A DNA stretch of 64,000 nucleotides, taken from an uncultured bacterium. Its GTDB lineage: Bacteria > Bacteroidota > Bacteroidia > Bacteroidales > Bacteroidaceae. Made by a program: the position numbers and the translations under genes. This document shows, in pieces, positions 30,663 through 40,478 of this stretch. The DNA lies in assembly GCA_905214795.1 (NCBI GenBank), contig CAJMNM010000014.1:2669-66668 (forward strand), written 5' to 3'. The number at the start of each line of letters is the position of its first letter. Position 1 is the first letter of the stretch. The notes beneath the pieces were generated by a model. That model was not told the DNA's origin, searched no databases, and saw nothing but the letters and a program-made list of their open reading frames with translations.

Positions 30663-33053
30663 CTACAGTTCTATTTGTATGCGTGCGTTAATCAGTCTTC
30701 CGGTCAGATAGTTCGGTACGGCATATTGTTGGTTGGTTACGTCCGTAACCCAGTAATACGAGCTGACGTTGCTGATGTCGAACAGATTGAAACAGTCTAT
30801 GCCCAGCCAGATGTTTTTGAAGTAACGCAATACACGTCTGTGATTGTGCCCGTCCTCGTTGTTGAGCAGCCGGTAGCTCATTCCGATGTCTACACGTTTG
30901 TAAGCCGGTGCGCGGAACACCTGTTCTTCCAGTCCGGTGTGTGGCGGACCGAAAGGCAGTCCGTCGGCCACACACGCTTTAAGGGTCATCTTCCATTTTG
31001 TTGACCCTGGGAAAAAGTCGCTGAAGAAGAAGTTCAGATTATATCTTTGATCAGTAGGCTGCGGAAACCATTTGCCGTCAATCTGCTGCCGGGCTTTCAT
31101 CAGGCTGAAGCTGATCCATGAGTCTGTACCTTCTACAAACTCGCCAAAAAGCTTCAGATCTATACCGGTGGTATATCCGCTTGCGATGTTACCGCCGTAA
31201 TATACAATCTTCAGGTTGTCCACGTTATACGGAATCAGGTTGCTCAATCCTTTATAATACACTTCGGCGGTCAGTTTGAACGGACGGTCCATCAGTTTGA
31301 AACTGTAGTCGCCGCCCAACAACACTTGTATGGAACGTGGCGAACGGATGTTCCTGTTCAGTACCACCTGTGTAGACCCTCCGGTTGTCACCGTGTCGCG
31401 CAGTTCTTTGTAGAACGGAGCCTGATAGTAAATACCTGTTGCGGCCCGGAAAGTAAACGCTTCGTTAAACGACGGAATAAAACCTACCGAAACACGCGGA
31501 CTGAACAACCATTCCTTGTTCCAGCTCCAGAAACTCAGTCGGGCACCATAATTCAGCGAGAATATACCGGCCTTGGTCTCCATGCGCCATGTGTCCTGGG
31601 CGAACAGTTCCATGCGGTTGCTGCTGATTTTGTTGTGTGAACGCAGATTGTATATCAGGTCCAGACGGTTGCCCGTATGAGGAATAGAATAGCCGGCCGA
31701 GTCGCGCATTTCCCATTCGCGTGCCGATTCTTCTATCACTTCGTTCTTCCAGGTCAGACCGCTCAAAATGTGATGCCCTGTCGGTTTGTGTTCAAAGGTC
31801 AGTTTCAGACTTTTCATGTTGGCGTCCAGAAAGTTTCTGGTGTGTTCCATATACGTTCCCACGCCCAGCTGTTCTGTAGTGTTTGTTTCGTCTAGCCAGT
31901 ATTGTCCCTGAATGTCATACGTCTGTCGCTCTTTGCTGAGAAAAGCCGCTCCTGTGAGCGTCATTGTCGTCTTTTCGTTGAACGCGTGTTTTAGGCTCAG
32001 TGTTCCGAACAACGTACGGAAAAGGTCCTTCTCCGAGCCGTCGAAATAAACCTTGAAAGATTTGACATCGTTCATTGTACCGAAGTTGGTCTGTCGGTCA
32101 GCCGGTATGAAATCATACTTGTTTTGTGCGACATTGCCTATGAAGTCCACTGTCCATCCCGGTGCGGGCTGCCAGCTCATATAAGTCTGGTAGTCAATGA
32201 AACGGGGACTGTATTCTCCCTTGGTTTCCAAAGAGCCCAGCATGTACTGGTTGGTTTTGTAGCGCAGGCCATGTGCCATGCTGAACCGTTTGCGTCCCAT
32301 ACCGGCATACAGACTGCCGCCCAGCAGGCTTGCCGATGCCGACAGCTCATAACCTTTCGGCTTCCGGTAAGTTATATCCAGTGCCGACGACATTTTGTCA
32401 CCGTATTTGGCCTCGAATCCGCCTGCCGAGAAGTTTACGCTTTCCACCATGTCGCTGTTTATCATGCTCAGACCCTCCTGCTGTCCGGAGTTTATCAGCA
32501 TGGGGCGGTATGTCTCCACACCGTTAAGATACACACTGTTTTCGTCATAGCTTCCGCCTCTGACGTTATATTGTGAACTCAGTTCGTTGTGTGTGCTGAC
32601 ACCTGCCTGCGTCGCGACAAGTTCTTCTACGGCATTGCCCGTGGTAGAGGGAAGTCTTTTCAGATTTTCTACATTAATCTGCTGGGTGGTATTCATCTGA
32701 CGCCGGGTTTCCTTTACCGTCACTTCGCCCAGATTGAGTGTCTGCGCGCGCAGAACGACACTCAGACGCAAGTCGCCGCTTGGCGAGCGCAACACCTTTT
32801 CTTTACTTTCATATCCCAGCATGCTGAACACGATGGTCACAGAATCGGCTGCATTGAACTCAAGGGTGTATTTACCGTCCATGTCGGTTGTGGTGCCGAC
32901 TCCTTGTTCCTTTGCTCTTACTATGGCAAACAAAACAGGGTTCTGTTCGTCGTCTGTCACTTTGCCGGAGAGTTTTACCTTGTTCTGTCCGCACAGGTCT
33001 ACGCTAAGCAGCCATATCATCGTCAGACAGAGTATATATCTTATAAAATACAT
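30663..33053 (-). CDS. TonB-dependent receptor with N-terminal carboxypeptidase-regulatory-like domain
   Basis: Start set at MYFIRY (33053); GTTTDMDGKY..SMLGY; NELSSQYNVRGG, GGFEAKYGDKMSSALDI plug. Confidence 0.9.
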   Translation of the reverse strand: MYFIRYILCLTMIWLLSVDLCGQNKVKLSGKVTDDEQNPVLFAIVRAKEQGVGTTTDMDGKYTLEFNAADSVTIVFSMLGYESKEKVLRSPSGDLRLSVVLRAQTLNLGEVTVKETRRQMNTTQQINVENLKRLPSTTGNAVEELVATQAGVSTHNELSSQYNVRGGSYDENSVYLNGVETYRPMLINSGQQEGLSMINSDMVESVNFSAGGFEAKYGDKMSSALDITYRKPKGYELSASASLLGGSLYAGMGRKRFSMAHGLRYKTNQYMLGSLETKGEYSPRFIDYQTYMSWQPAPGWTVDFIGNVAQNKYDFIPADRQTNFGTMNDVKSFKVYFDGSEKDLFRTLFGTLSLKHAFNEKTTMTLTGAAFLSKERQTYDIQGQYWLDETNTTEQLGVGTYMEHTRNFLDANMKSLKLTFEHKPTGHHILSGLTWKNEVIEESAREWEMRDSAGYSIPHTGNRLDLIYNLRSHNKISSNRMELFAQDTWRMETKAGIFSLNYGARLSFWSWNKEWLFSPRVSVGFIPSFNEAFTFRAATGIYYQAPFYKELRDTVTTGGSTQVVLNRNIRSPRSIQVLLGGDYSFKLMDRPFKLTAEVYYKGLSNLIPYNVDNLKIVYYGGNIASGYTTGIDLKLFGEFVEGTDSWISFSLMKARQQIDGKWFPQPTDQRYNLNFFFSDFFPGSTKWKMTLKACVADGLPFGPPHTGLEEQVFRAPAYKRVDIGMSYRLLNNEDGHNHRRVLRYFKNIWLGIDCFNLFDISNVSSYYWVTDVTNQQYAVPNYLTGRLINARIQIEL

Positions 33054-33218
33054 TCTGAATAGATTGTTACTTTGACTTATAACGCAAAGATAAGCTTTTT
33101 TTGTACGTCTGCGTCGATTTATTTTTTCAAACTGTCGATTCATGGCCTGGTTTAGTGTCGCTTTTGGGATAAAAAATGTATATTTGCAAGTCAAGAATCA
33201 AACATAAGATAAACAGTT

Positions 33219-33761
33219 ATGGAACAATTCAGCGAATTGATAAAGATACGCCGCAGTATGCGGAAATTTACGGAAGAGGAATTGACTCAGGACGAGGTGG
33301 TGACACTGTTGCGTGCCGCTTTGATGGCTCCTTCGTCAAAAGGTTTCCGGCCATGGGAGTTTGTCGTGGTAGACGACAGACAATTGCTCGGTCAGTTATC
33401 AGCCTGCAAGGACAAGGGGGCCGAACTGATAGCCGGAGCTCCCCTTGCGGTCGTGGTACTGGCCGATCCTACGATAAGCGATGTATGGATTGAAGATGCA
33501 TCGGTGGCTACTACCATGATGCTGCTTCAGGCCGAAGATCTTGGACTGGGCGCATGCTGGGTGCAGATTCGTAATCGTTCTATGGCCGACGGCAAGCCGG
33601 CCGAGGAGATGGTGCGTACCATGCTTCATATTCCCGAACATCTGCGTGTGCTTTCCATTGTAGCTGTTGGTCACAAGGGAATGGAACGCAAGCCGTTCAA
33701 CGAGGAACGCCTGCAGTGGGAAAAAGTCCATATCAACACTTTTGACGGTCAGCAGGCATGA
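33219..33761 (+). CDS. Nitroreductase family protein
   Basis: RRSMRKF, APSSKG.RPWEFVVV, LGLGACWVQ. Confidence 0.92.
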   Translation: MEQFSELIKIRRSMRKFTEEELTQDEVVTLLRAALMAPSSKGFRPWEFVVVDDRQLLGQLSACKDKGAELIAGAPLAVVVLADPTISDVWIEDASVATTMMLLQAEDLGLGACWVQIRNRSMADGKPAEEMVRTMLHIPEHLRVLSIVAVGHKGMERKPFNEERLQWEKVHINTFDGQQA

Positions 33762-34546
33762 GAATTGTTTTTGTGGGGGCAGGTAATCTGGCCACAAGAT
33801 TGAGTCTGGCTTTGCGGACTGCCGGTCATGACATCATACAGGTTTACAGCCGCACAATGGCTTCGGCCGAGACTTTGGCTGCCCGACTTGGCTGTAAGGC
33901 CACCTGTTCAGCGGATGAGATAGACCGCGAAGCAGAGGTTTATATCTTTTCAGTAAAGGACAATGTATTGGAAACGCTGGCCGCACAGATTGTTCCCGGC
34001 CGTGAACAGGCGCTTTTCCTGCATACGGCCGGCAGTATGCCGCTCGATGTGTTCAAGCCTTGGGCCACCCGCTATGGTGTGTGTTACCCGATGCAGACGT
34101 TTTCTAAAAGCCGCGAAGTGGATTTCAGCGAGATACCGGTCTTTATCGAAGCTTCCGGTGCCGTCGAACTGGCACAGATTGAGCGGCTTGCCGCTTCTGT
34201 CTCCGGAAATGTGCGCGAGCTTGATACCTCCCGCCGGCGTTATTTGCACTTGGCCGCGGTGTTTGCCTGCAATTTTGCCAATCACTGTTACGCTTTGGCC
34301 GAAGAAATTCTGGCCCGTCACGACATACCTTTCGACGTCATGTTGCCTCTGGTGAAAGAAACGGCCCGTAAGGTAGAACAGCTGTCTCCCCGTGAGGCTC
34401 AGACCGGCCCGGCCGTGCGTTATGACGAGAATGTTATCAACCGCCAGGCTGCCATGCTGGCCGATGAGCCGGAGTGGAAGAATATTTATGAATCCATGAG
34501 TCGCAGCATTCACAGGCTGGCGCTCGAAAAACCGGACAAACCATGA
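33758..34546 (+). CDS. Rossmann-like + DUF2520 protein (PanG-like)
   Basis: [38 protein letters not shown]. Confidence 0.88.
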   Translation: MRIVFVGAGNLATRLSLALRTAGHDIIQVYSRTMASAETLAARLGCKATCSADEIDREAEVYIFSVKDNVLETLAAQIVPGREQALFLHTAGSMPLDVFKPWATRYGVCYPMQTFSKSREVDFSEIPVFIEASGAVELAQIERLAASVSGNVRELDTSRRRYLHLAAVFACNFANHCYALAEEILARHDIPFDVMLPLVKETARKVEQLSPREAQTGPAVRYDENVINRQAAMLADEPEWKNIYESMSRSIHRLALEKPDKP

Positions 34547-35061
34547 TTAATTACGATTTAAAGAAAATAAAAGCCGTAGTCTTTGACGTAGACGGCGTAC
34601 TGAGTGCCGAAACCATTAATCTGCATCCCGACGGCGGTCCGATGCGTACGGTCAATATCAAGGACGGTTATGCCATTCAGCTTGCTGTTAAGATGGGGTT
34701 GCACGTCGCAATCATTACCGGCGGGCGTTCCGAGGCGGTTCAGAAGCGTTATGAGGGGTTGGGCATGACCGACATATACATGGGTTGTTCTGTGAAGATA
34801 AAAACCTACGAAAGCTTTCTCAGCCGTTACGGACTGAAAGACGAAGAAGTGCTGTATATGGGCGACGACATCCCCGATTATGAGGTGATGCGCCGTTGCG
34901 GTTGCCCGTGCTGTCCGTCCGATGCCGCACCCGAAATCAAGGATATCTCTGTTTACGTGTCACACCGTAACGGCGGATATGGTTGCGGGCGCGACGTGCT
35001 GGAGCAAGTTCTTAAGGCGCAGCACAAATGGTTAAAGGACGAGAAAGCCTTTGGCTGGTAA
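34543..35061 (+). CDS. kdsC: KdsC-family HAD phosphatase
   Basis: [33 protein letters not shown]. Confidence 0.85.
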   Translation: MINYDLKKIKAVVFDVDGVLSAETINLHPDGGPMRTVNIKDGYAIQLAVKMGLHVAIITGGRSEAVQKRYEGLGMTDIYMGCSVKIKTYESFLSRYGLKDEEVLYMGDDIPDYEVMRRCGCPCCPSDAAPEIKDISVYVSHRNGGYGCGRDVLEQVLKAQHKWLKDEKAFGW

Positions 35062-35110
35062 AATCCGTTAGTAGGAAAAAGAAGAAACAGTAGGATAAAG
35101 AAGATTTGTC

Positions 35111-35692
35111 ATGTTGGAAAATCTGAAAAAATATAAAGTGATTCTTGCCAGCAACTCACCACGTCGTAAGGAACTGCTGGCAGGATTGGACATTCCCTAT
35201 GAGGTGAAAGTCATTCCGGGTATAGAAGAAACCTATCCCGATACATTGAAGGGTGACGAGATACCGCAATATCTGTCCCGCAAAAAGGCTGAGGCTTATC
35301 GTGACCGGATGGCCGGCGACGAACTGATTATTACTGCCGATACCATTGTGTGGCTCGATGACAAAGTACTCGGAAAACCAGCCGATGAGGCCGAGGCTTG
35401 CGCCATGTTGCGTATGCTTTCCGGTCGGACTCATGCCGTGCTGACCGGTGTGACCGTAATGACAAAGGAACGCCATGTGACATTTGCCGTAGAAAGTAAG
35501 GTCACTTTTGATGAACTCAGTGAAGAGGAAATCAGCTATTATGTGTCCCATTATCATCCCACCGACAAGGCCGGTGCTTACGGTATTCAGGAATGGATTG
35601 GCTATGTCGGTGTACGCGGTCTCGAAGGGTCATATTTCAATGTGATGGGACTCCCTGTGCAGCGTTTGTATAATGAATTAAAACAGTTTTAA
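35111..35692 (+). CDS. maf: Maf-like nucleoside triphosphate pyrophosphatase
   Basis: ILASNSPRR, ITADTIV, LGKP, DKAGAYGIQ, NVMGLP. Confidence 0.95.
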   Translation: MLENLKKYKVILASNSPRRKELLAGLDIPYEVKVIPGIEETYPDTLKGDEIPQYLSRKKAEAYRDRMAGDELIITADTIVWLDDKVLGKPADEAEACAMLRMLSGRTHAVLTGVTVMTKERHVTFAVESKVTFDELSEEEISYYVSHYHPTDKAGAYGIQEWIGYVGVRGLEGSYFNVMGLPVQRLYNELKQF

Positions 35693-35697
35693 ACGTT

Positions 35698-36216
35698 ATG
35701 AAAAACTTATTTAAAATAAAATCCGTTTGTCTGACAGTATGTATGCTGGCAGCCGCTTCCTTTTTCACATCATGCGATGACGAGAAACATCCCACGGTAT
35801 TGCCGGCTTTTGCCGGTTTTCGTCTGACACCCTCTACATGGACGGCGGGCGATTCTGTGACCGTTACTGCCGTGCAGAGCAAGTTGGGTAATCTGATTTA
35901 TAAGGCCGAGTACCGCTGGTCTGTTTCTGTGGCCGGCGCCGATACCACATTCAGTAAAACCGTTCAGGTGGTTTATGATAATGACAAATCCGACCCGTCT
36001 TTCGGATTCCGCATACCGGCGGATGTTTCAGGCTATGCTTCCATCAGTTTCAGCGCGGATTATGACTATTCCTCAGCCACCGCGCCGACCGAAGTGCCCG
36101 GTCCGGTAAACGGTACGGGAGGGCTGGTTGGTAACTTTAGCGGTTTTACAAGCAGTGCTCTGTTTGGAAAGTGTTCCGGAAGCGCTTCTACTACAATTAA
36201 GGCTGCCGGAGAATAA
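35698..36216 (+). CDS. Hypothetical lipoprotein
   Basis: Lipobox FTSC-DD; beta-rich Ser/Thr/Gly body. Confidence 0.7.
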   Translation: MKNLFKIKSVCLTVCMLAAASFFTSCDDEKHPTVLPAFAGFRLTPSTWTAGDSVTVTAVQSKLGNLIYKAEYRWSVSVAGADTTFSKTVQVVYDNDKSDPSFGFRIPADVSGYASISFSADYDYSSATAPTEVPGPVNGTGGLVGNFSGFTSSALFGKCSGSASTTIKAAGE

Positions 36217-36282
36217 AGTCAGATTGATTGGTTAACGGGGTGGTGCGCCGTTTATTCTGACGTGCCGCTTTTATAACACGAT

Positions 36283-36765
36283 ATGAAGAAAATTCTGTTT
36301 GTTTGTTTAGGAAATATATGCCGTTCAAGTGCGGCTGAGGAAATCATGAGGCATTATGTGCGGGAAGCCGGTCTGGAACGTGAATTCAATTTAGACTCTG
36401 CCGGTCTGATTGATTATCACCAGGGGGAGCCGGCCGACTCGCGCATGCGTGCCCATGCCGCCCGCAGAGGGTATCACATAACCCATCTGTCGCGTCCCGT
36501 CAGGTATGACGATTTCTTCAATTTCGATTTGATTGTAGGAATGGACGACCGCAACATCGATCGTCTGAAAGAACTTGCGCCGGGTATAGACGAAGAGCGC
36601 AAGATTGTGCGTATGGCAGACTATTGCCGCCAGAAGGTGGTTGACTACGTGCCCGACCCCTATTATGGTGGAGCATCCGGTTTTGAGAATGTGTTGGATA
36701 TTCTTGAAGACGCATGTGCCGGACTGCTTGAGGCTGTCCGGCACGATGAGGTTCGGTCTGAATGA
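36283..36765 (+). CDS. Low-molecular-weight protein-tyrosine phosphatase
   Basis: VCLGNICRS P-loop and VPDPYY. Confidence 0.95.
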   Translation: MKKILFVCLGNICRSSAAEEIMRHYVREAGLEREFNLDSAGLIDYHQGEPADSRMRAHAARRGYHITHLSRPVRYDDFFNFDLIVGMDDRNIDRLKELAPGIDEERKIVRMADYCRQKVVDYVPDPYYGGASGFENVLDILEDACAGLLEAVRHDEVRSE

Positions 36766-36785
36766 ATCTGGCGTCTGCACGGGTA

Positions 36786-38009
36786 TTATTTGCCGTGCAT
36801 CGTGTCCCACATTCTTTTATAGTTCTCGGCCAGGCCGCCTTCGCCCGTTTCCTTATAAAGCGAAGGCAGGTCGTGGCCGGTTTTTTTCATCACATCTATT
36901 ACTTTGTCAAACGAAACCTGATGTACGCCGTCTGTTAGCATGGCGTATGAATTGGCATCCATGGCGCGGGCAGCAGCATAAGCGTTACGTTCTATGCACG
37001 GAATCTGAACCAGTCCGCACACCGGGTCACAGGTCAGGCCCAGGTGATGCTCCAGTCCCATTTCTGCCGCATATTCTATTTGTGCCGGAGTACCGCCGAA
37101 AAGCTGCGAGGCCGCCGCTGCCGCCATGGCACAGGCCACGCCTATTTCGCCCTGGCAGCCTACTTCTGCTCCCGATATAGAGGCATTGGTCTTTACGATA
37201 TTGCCAAACAGTCCGGCCGTGGCAAGTGCCCGTCCTATGCGTTCGTCGCTGATGTGACGCGAAGTGTATAAATGATAGAGCACGGCCGGCAACACGCCGC
37301 ACGAGCCGCAGGTAGGAGCCGTGACTATTTTTCCGCCTGCTGCATTTTCTTCGCTCACAGCCAATGCATAGGCAAAAATCAGCCCGCGGGTTCGCATGGA
37401 ATGCTGGTAACCTTCGGCACGCACGTAATAAGAAGATGCTTTGCGGCGCAGACAGAGCGGGCCCGGCAGCACGCCTTCGTGTTCCAACCCGTTTTGTACA
37501 GCCTGTTTCATTGTGTTCCACACCTCCGCAATGAAATCCCATATCTCATACCCTTCACATTCTTCCACAAACTCCCAATAGCTTTTGCCGGTAGACATGC
37601 ACCACGACAGAATGTCCGTGGCCGAGTTCAGCGGATAGACATCTTTTGATTCTATCGGCGCGCCATTTTCTTCTGCCAGAGCGCCGCCGCCGATGCTGAA
37701 CACCGTCCATTCGCCCGAACAGGCGCCGGTCGTGTCAAAAGCCTTGAACTTCATGCCGTTGGGATGGAATGGAAGGAATATCTTGGGTTCCCAAATTAAG
37801 GTCGTGCGCGACTCGTCTAGAATATGAAAGATGGCTTTGTCGGTCATGTGTCCCACTCCCGTAGCGGCCAGACTGCCGTATAGCGTCACTTCGAAACGTG
37901 CAGCCTCGGGATGTTTCTCCTTAAAAATGATGGCAGCCTTGCGTGGTCCCATGGTGTGGCTGCTCGAAGGTCCGTAGCCAATGCGGTATATTTCTTTGAT
38001 GCTGAGCAT
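36786..38009 (-). CDS. sdaA: Fe-S L-serine ammonia-lyase, single chain
   Basis: GPSSSHTMGP, SIGGG, EENAAGG.IVTAPTCGSCG, GCQGEIG, HHLGLTCDPV.GLVQIPCIERN. Confidence 0.93.
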   Translation of the reverse strand: MLSIKEIYRIGYGPSSSHTMGPRKAAIIFKEKHPEAARFEVTLYGSLAATGVGHMTDKAIFHILDESRTTLIWEPKIFLPFHPNGMKFKAFDTTGACSGEWTVFSIGGGALAEENGAPIESKDVYPLNSATDILSWCMSTGKSYWEFVEECEGYEIWDFIAEVWNTMKQAVQNGLEHEGVLPGPLCLRRKASSYYVRAEGYQHSMRTRGLIFAYALAVSEENAAGGKIVTAPTCGSCGVLPAVLYHLYTSRHISDERIGRALATAGLFGNIVKTNASISGAEVGCQGEIGVACAMAAAAASQLFGGTPAQIEYAAEMGLEHHLGLTCDPVCGLVQIPCIERNAYAAARAMDANSYAMLTDGVHQVSFDKVIDVMKKTGHDLPSLYKETGEGGLAENYKRMWDTMHGK

Positions 38010-38085
38010 AATTGGGTTTTTAATAAGTTTATTAAGTATGGAATGTATTCCGGCAGTAAATATTTACCGGGTATCACGGTTGTTT

Positions 38086-38649
38086 TTATTCTTCTTTTTT
38101 CAGACTTCTTTTAACTACAGCCGGATTGCCTGCAGCGAGTGAGTCGTCGGGAATATCCTTTTTAACCACGCTGCCGGCCGCAATAACGCAGCGGTCACCG
38201 ATGGTTACGCCTGGGCAGACCACAACGCCACCGCCCAGCCAGCAGTCGTCCCCCACGTGGATGGGATAAGCCGTTTCGATGTTTTTGCGTCGTTCAATGT
38301 AGTCCATCGGGTGATGTGGTGTGTAAAACTGACAGTTAGGTCCCACGCGGGTATTCTTGCCGATATGGATATATCCGCCGTCTAGCATCGTACAGTTATA
38401 GTTCAGAAACGAATTTTCTTCCATAATGACCCCCGTACCATGATCGCAGTGGAAGGGAGGGCAGATGGATGCGCTGGCCGGAAAGTCTGGAATCAGTTCT
38501 TCTATGATTTCGCGGTAATTATCGTCGTATATGCACAACGTATTAAGTTTTATACACAGTTTTTTTGCCCGTTTCAAGCTAGCCTGCACTTCGGGGTCAT
38601 CAACATCATAAAGCTCTTCGCTGCGCATTTTTTCAATTTCACTTTTCAT
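38086..38649 (-). CDS. Sugar O-acetyltransferase (maltose/galactoside acetyltransferase family)
   Basis: Start set at MKSEIEKM (38649); PPFHCDHG, hexapeptide repeats, WLGGGV, AAGNPA. Confidence 0.92.
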   Translation of the reverse strand: MKSEIEKMRSEELYDVDDPEVQASLKRAKKLCIKLNTLCIYDDNYREIIEELIPDFPASASICPPFHCDHGTGVIMEENSFLNYNCTMLDGGYIHIGKNTRVGPNCQFYTPHHPMDYIERRKNIETAYPIHVGDDCWLGGGVVVCPGVTIGDRCVIAAGSVVKKDIPDDSLAAGNPAVVKRSLKKEE

Positions 38650-38989
38650 GATTGTAGATTTTATATCAATTGTTTTTTCTGTTTTCTGTGGCTTTACGCT
38701 ACAAGTTGCGAGTTTTTTCCTTTTCCGATGTATGAAAAGCTTTAATGTAGATAATGGATTTATGCTTATATACAAAGATACAATAAAATCTTATTAACAG
38801 CTTTCACTTCTTTTGAATAAATTTTCGTTTTGTCAAGTTCTTTTGTTTATTTATAGTTCTGCGTGTTTACAAGGCCGGCAGACTTTGGGTAGTGAATTAA
38901 GTTTCTTTTGATTGTGGCTGATGTGGCTTTAAATAAGTTTGTATCATTATTCGTATGATATTTTTTTATGCTCGCATTTTAATGTTTTT

Positions 38990-39147
38990 AGATAGGATAG
39001 ATGCAGTTCGGCAAAAGAAATCAATCAAACTTGTTTTTTACTCTCACCTTTCGCTATCTTTAAATAAGATTGGAGGCGGCTCGGCATAGTCTAACGTTAA
39101 AAACTACGTTTTTCGTTTGTCTTAGCTCTCGCCTTTCGTTATCTTTG
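38990..39147. repeat. Two units of the ~86-bp hairpin repeat family (reverse orientation to the 45.9 kb array)
   Basis: 39062-39146 is near-identical to the reverse complement of the 45887-45972 unit; 38990-39061 is a shorter divergent unit that keeps TCGGCA...CTCTC.CCTTTC.CTATCTTT. Confidence 0.85.
39116..39147 (+). promoter_or_regulatory. Bacteroidetes -33/-7 promoter embedded in the repeat end
   Basis: TTTG(39116)-N20-TATCTTTG(39140-39147), 32 nt before the ATG at 39180. Confidence 0.75.
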
Positions 39148-39179
39148 CTGCGGAAAGTTTGGATTAAAAGAAAAAAGAC

Positions 39180-40268
39180 ATGTTGACAGCTACACGTAGA
39201 GAATGGAATGAGTTGTATACGTTTTTCAACCTTTTGGCTGAAGGACAGATTGCGGCAGGCGATGCCGACGGAAACGCTTCGGAACGGCTGCTGAAGATTG
39301 CTCGGCTGGAACGCTGCGAACATGACGGACTGCGCCGTTATGAAATTGGTGAGACGGAGATTCATGTGGTGGGCGATACAATGGACGAATGTTTCCCGCG
39401 CGAGGATTTTGCCATTGTGTCTGCCATGTTGCTCAAGGCACTGAAGACACCTGGTACGGACGAGATTGAGGCGCCCGAGGGCGTGGAGGCGTTTCTCGAC
39501 GCGCTGAAGATATATGACATGGAGGCACAGACCGAGGACCGCACGGATTTTCATATCGTGTTCCACGATGACAGTTTTCCGCCGATGGGTTTTCGTGTAT
39601 ATTCCCGTCTGTGTGGCATGTTGCCGCTGTTGGACGGCGGACGTACGGCGAATCTGAAATTTGAGCAGTCGGGAGTGCGGTTTTCACAGCCGGCCGTGAA
39701 CAAGATTAATTATACGGAGAATCCGGACAACCCTAACGAGGTGGCACGACGGATGTTGTATATTGAGAGCATGGGCGGCATATTGAAATATAATGATGTG
39801 GCAGACCGGATTTTCCGCTGCAACCTGTTCATGATAGACCTGCATTTCCCGCGTGTGCTGGCCGAGATGGTGCGTGCGCTCCACTTGGACAACATCAGCA
39901 AGGTGAGCGAGCTGATAACAATCGTTGAGGAGCGCAATCCGCTTAAGATAAAGGATGAGCTGATTCAGAAACACGGCTATTACCGTTACAAGATGAAGGA
40001 GTTTCTGCTGGCTCTGGCATTGGGTATGCGTCCGGCCAAACAGTATAAGGGAACACCTTCGGCCATTGCGGGGTTTGTAATGGTGGACGCGGCCGGGCGG
40101 CTGACCTGTTACCGTAAGACGGAACGTGAGGTGTTTGCCGATTTTCTGTTCAACCATACAAGGTTGGAGAAGGGATTGCCAGAGAAGGACAAGTATGGAT
40201 ATCTGGAGCGGGAGAACCGTATGTACTATCTGAAACTGAATCTGAAAATCAGTTTTATCAAGAAATAA
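39180..40268 (+). CDS. HpaII-family restriction endonuclease homolog, orphan, probably inactive
   Basis: N-terminal REWNELY..FNLLAEG..GD, TDFHIVFHD, F.CNLFMID, ALGMRP and C-terminal KLNLKISFIK resemble R.HpaII as I recall it; no methyltransferase gene in the window. Confidence 0.8.
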   Translation: MLTATRREWNELYTFFNLLAEGQIAAGDADGNASERLLKIARLERCEHDGLRRYEIGETEIHVVGDTMDECFPREDFAIVSAMLLKALKTPGTDEIEAPEGVEAFLDALKIYDMEAQTEDRTDFHIVFHDDSFPPMGFRVYSRLCGMLPLLDGGRTANLKFEQSGVRFSQPAVNKINYTENPDNPNEVARRMLYIESMGGILKYNDVADRIFRCNLFMIDLHFPRVLAEMVRALHLDNISKVSELITIVEERNPLKIKDELIQKHGYYRYKMKEFLLALALGMRPAKQYKGTPSAIAGFVMVDAAGRLTCYRKTEREVFADFLFNHTRLEKGLPEKDKYGYLERENRMYYLKLNLKISFIKK

Positions 40269-40478
40269 CCGTTGTAGACCGCCGGGTTGCCGATGGGCCG
40301 CGAAGCGGAATAACAACGGATGAAGATGTGACGTGTCAGGCCGGAAAGTGTAAACAAACCTTAACGGCATGGCACGTCTTTTTTGTGTCTTGTTATGGTT
40401 GCTGAAGTGTGAAGTATCTTTATAATGGTTTGTTTTTATTGTACTGTATATGAGGTGGTTAAAGTTTTACCAAAAAAG

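Noticed and set aside
39180..40268. Functional type II restriction-modification system
   Set aside because: No methyltransferase gene, and the catalytic motif appears substituted.
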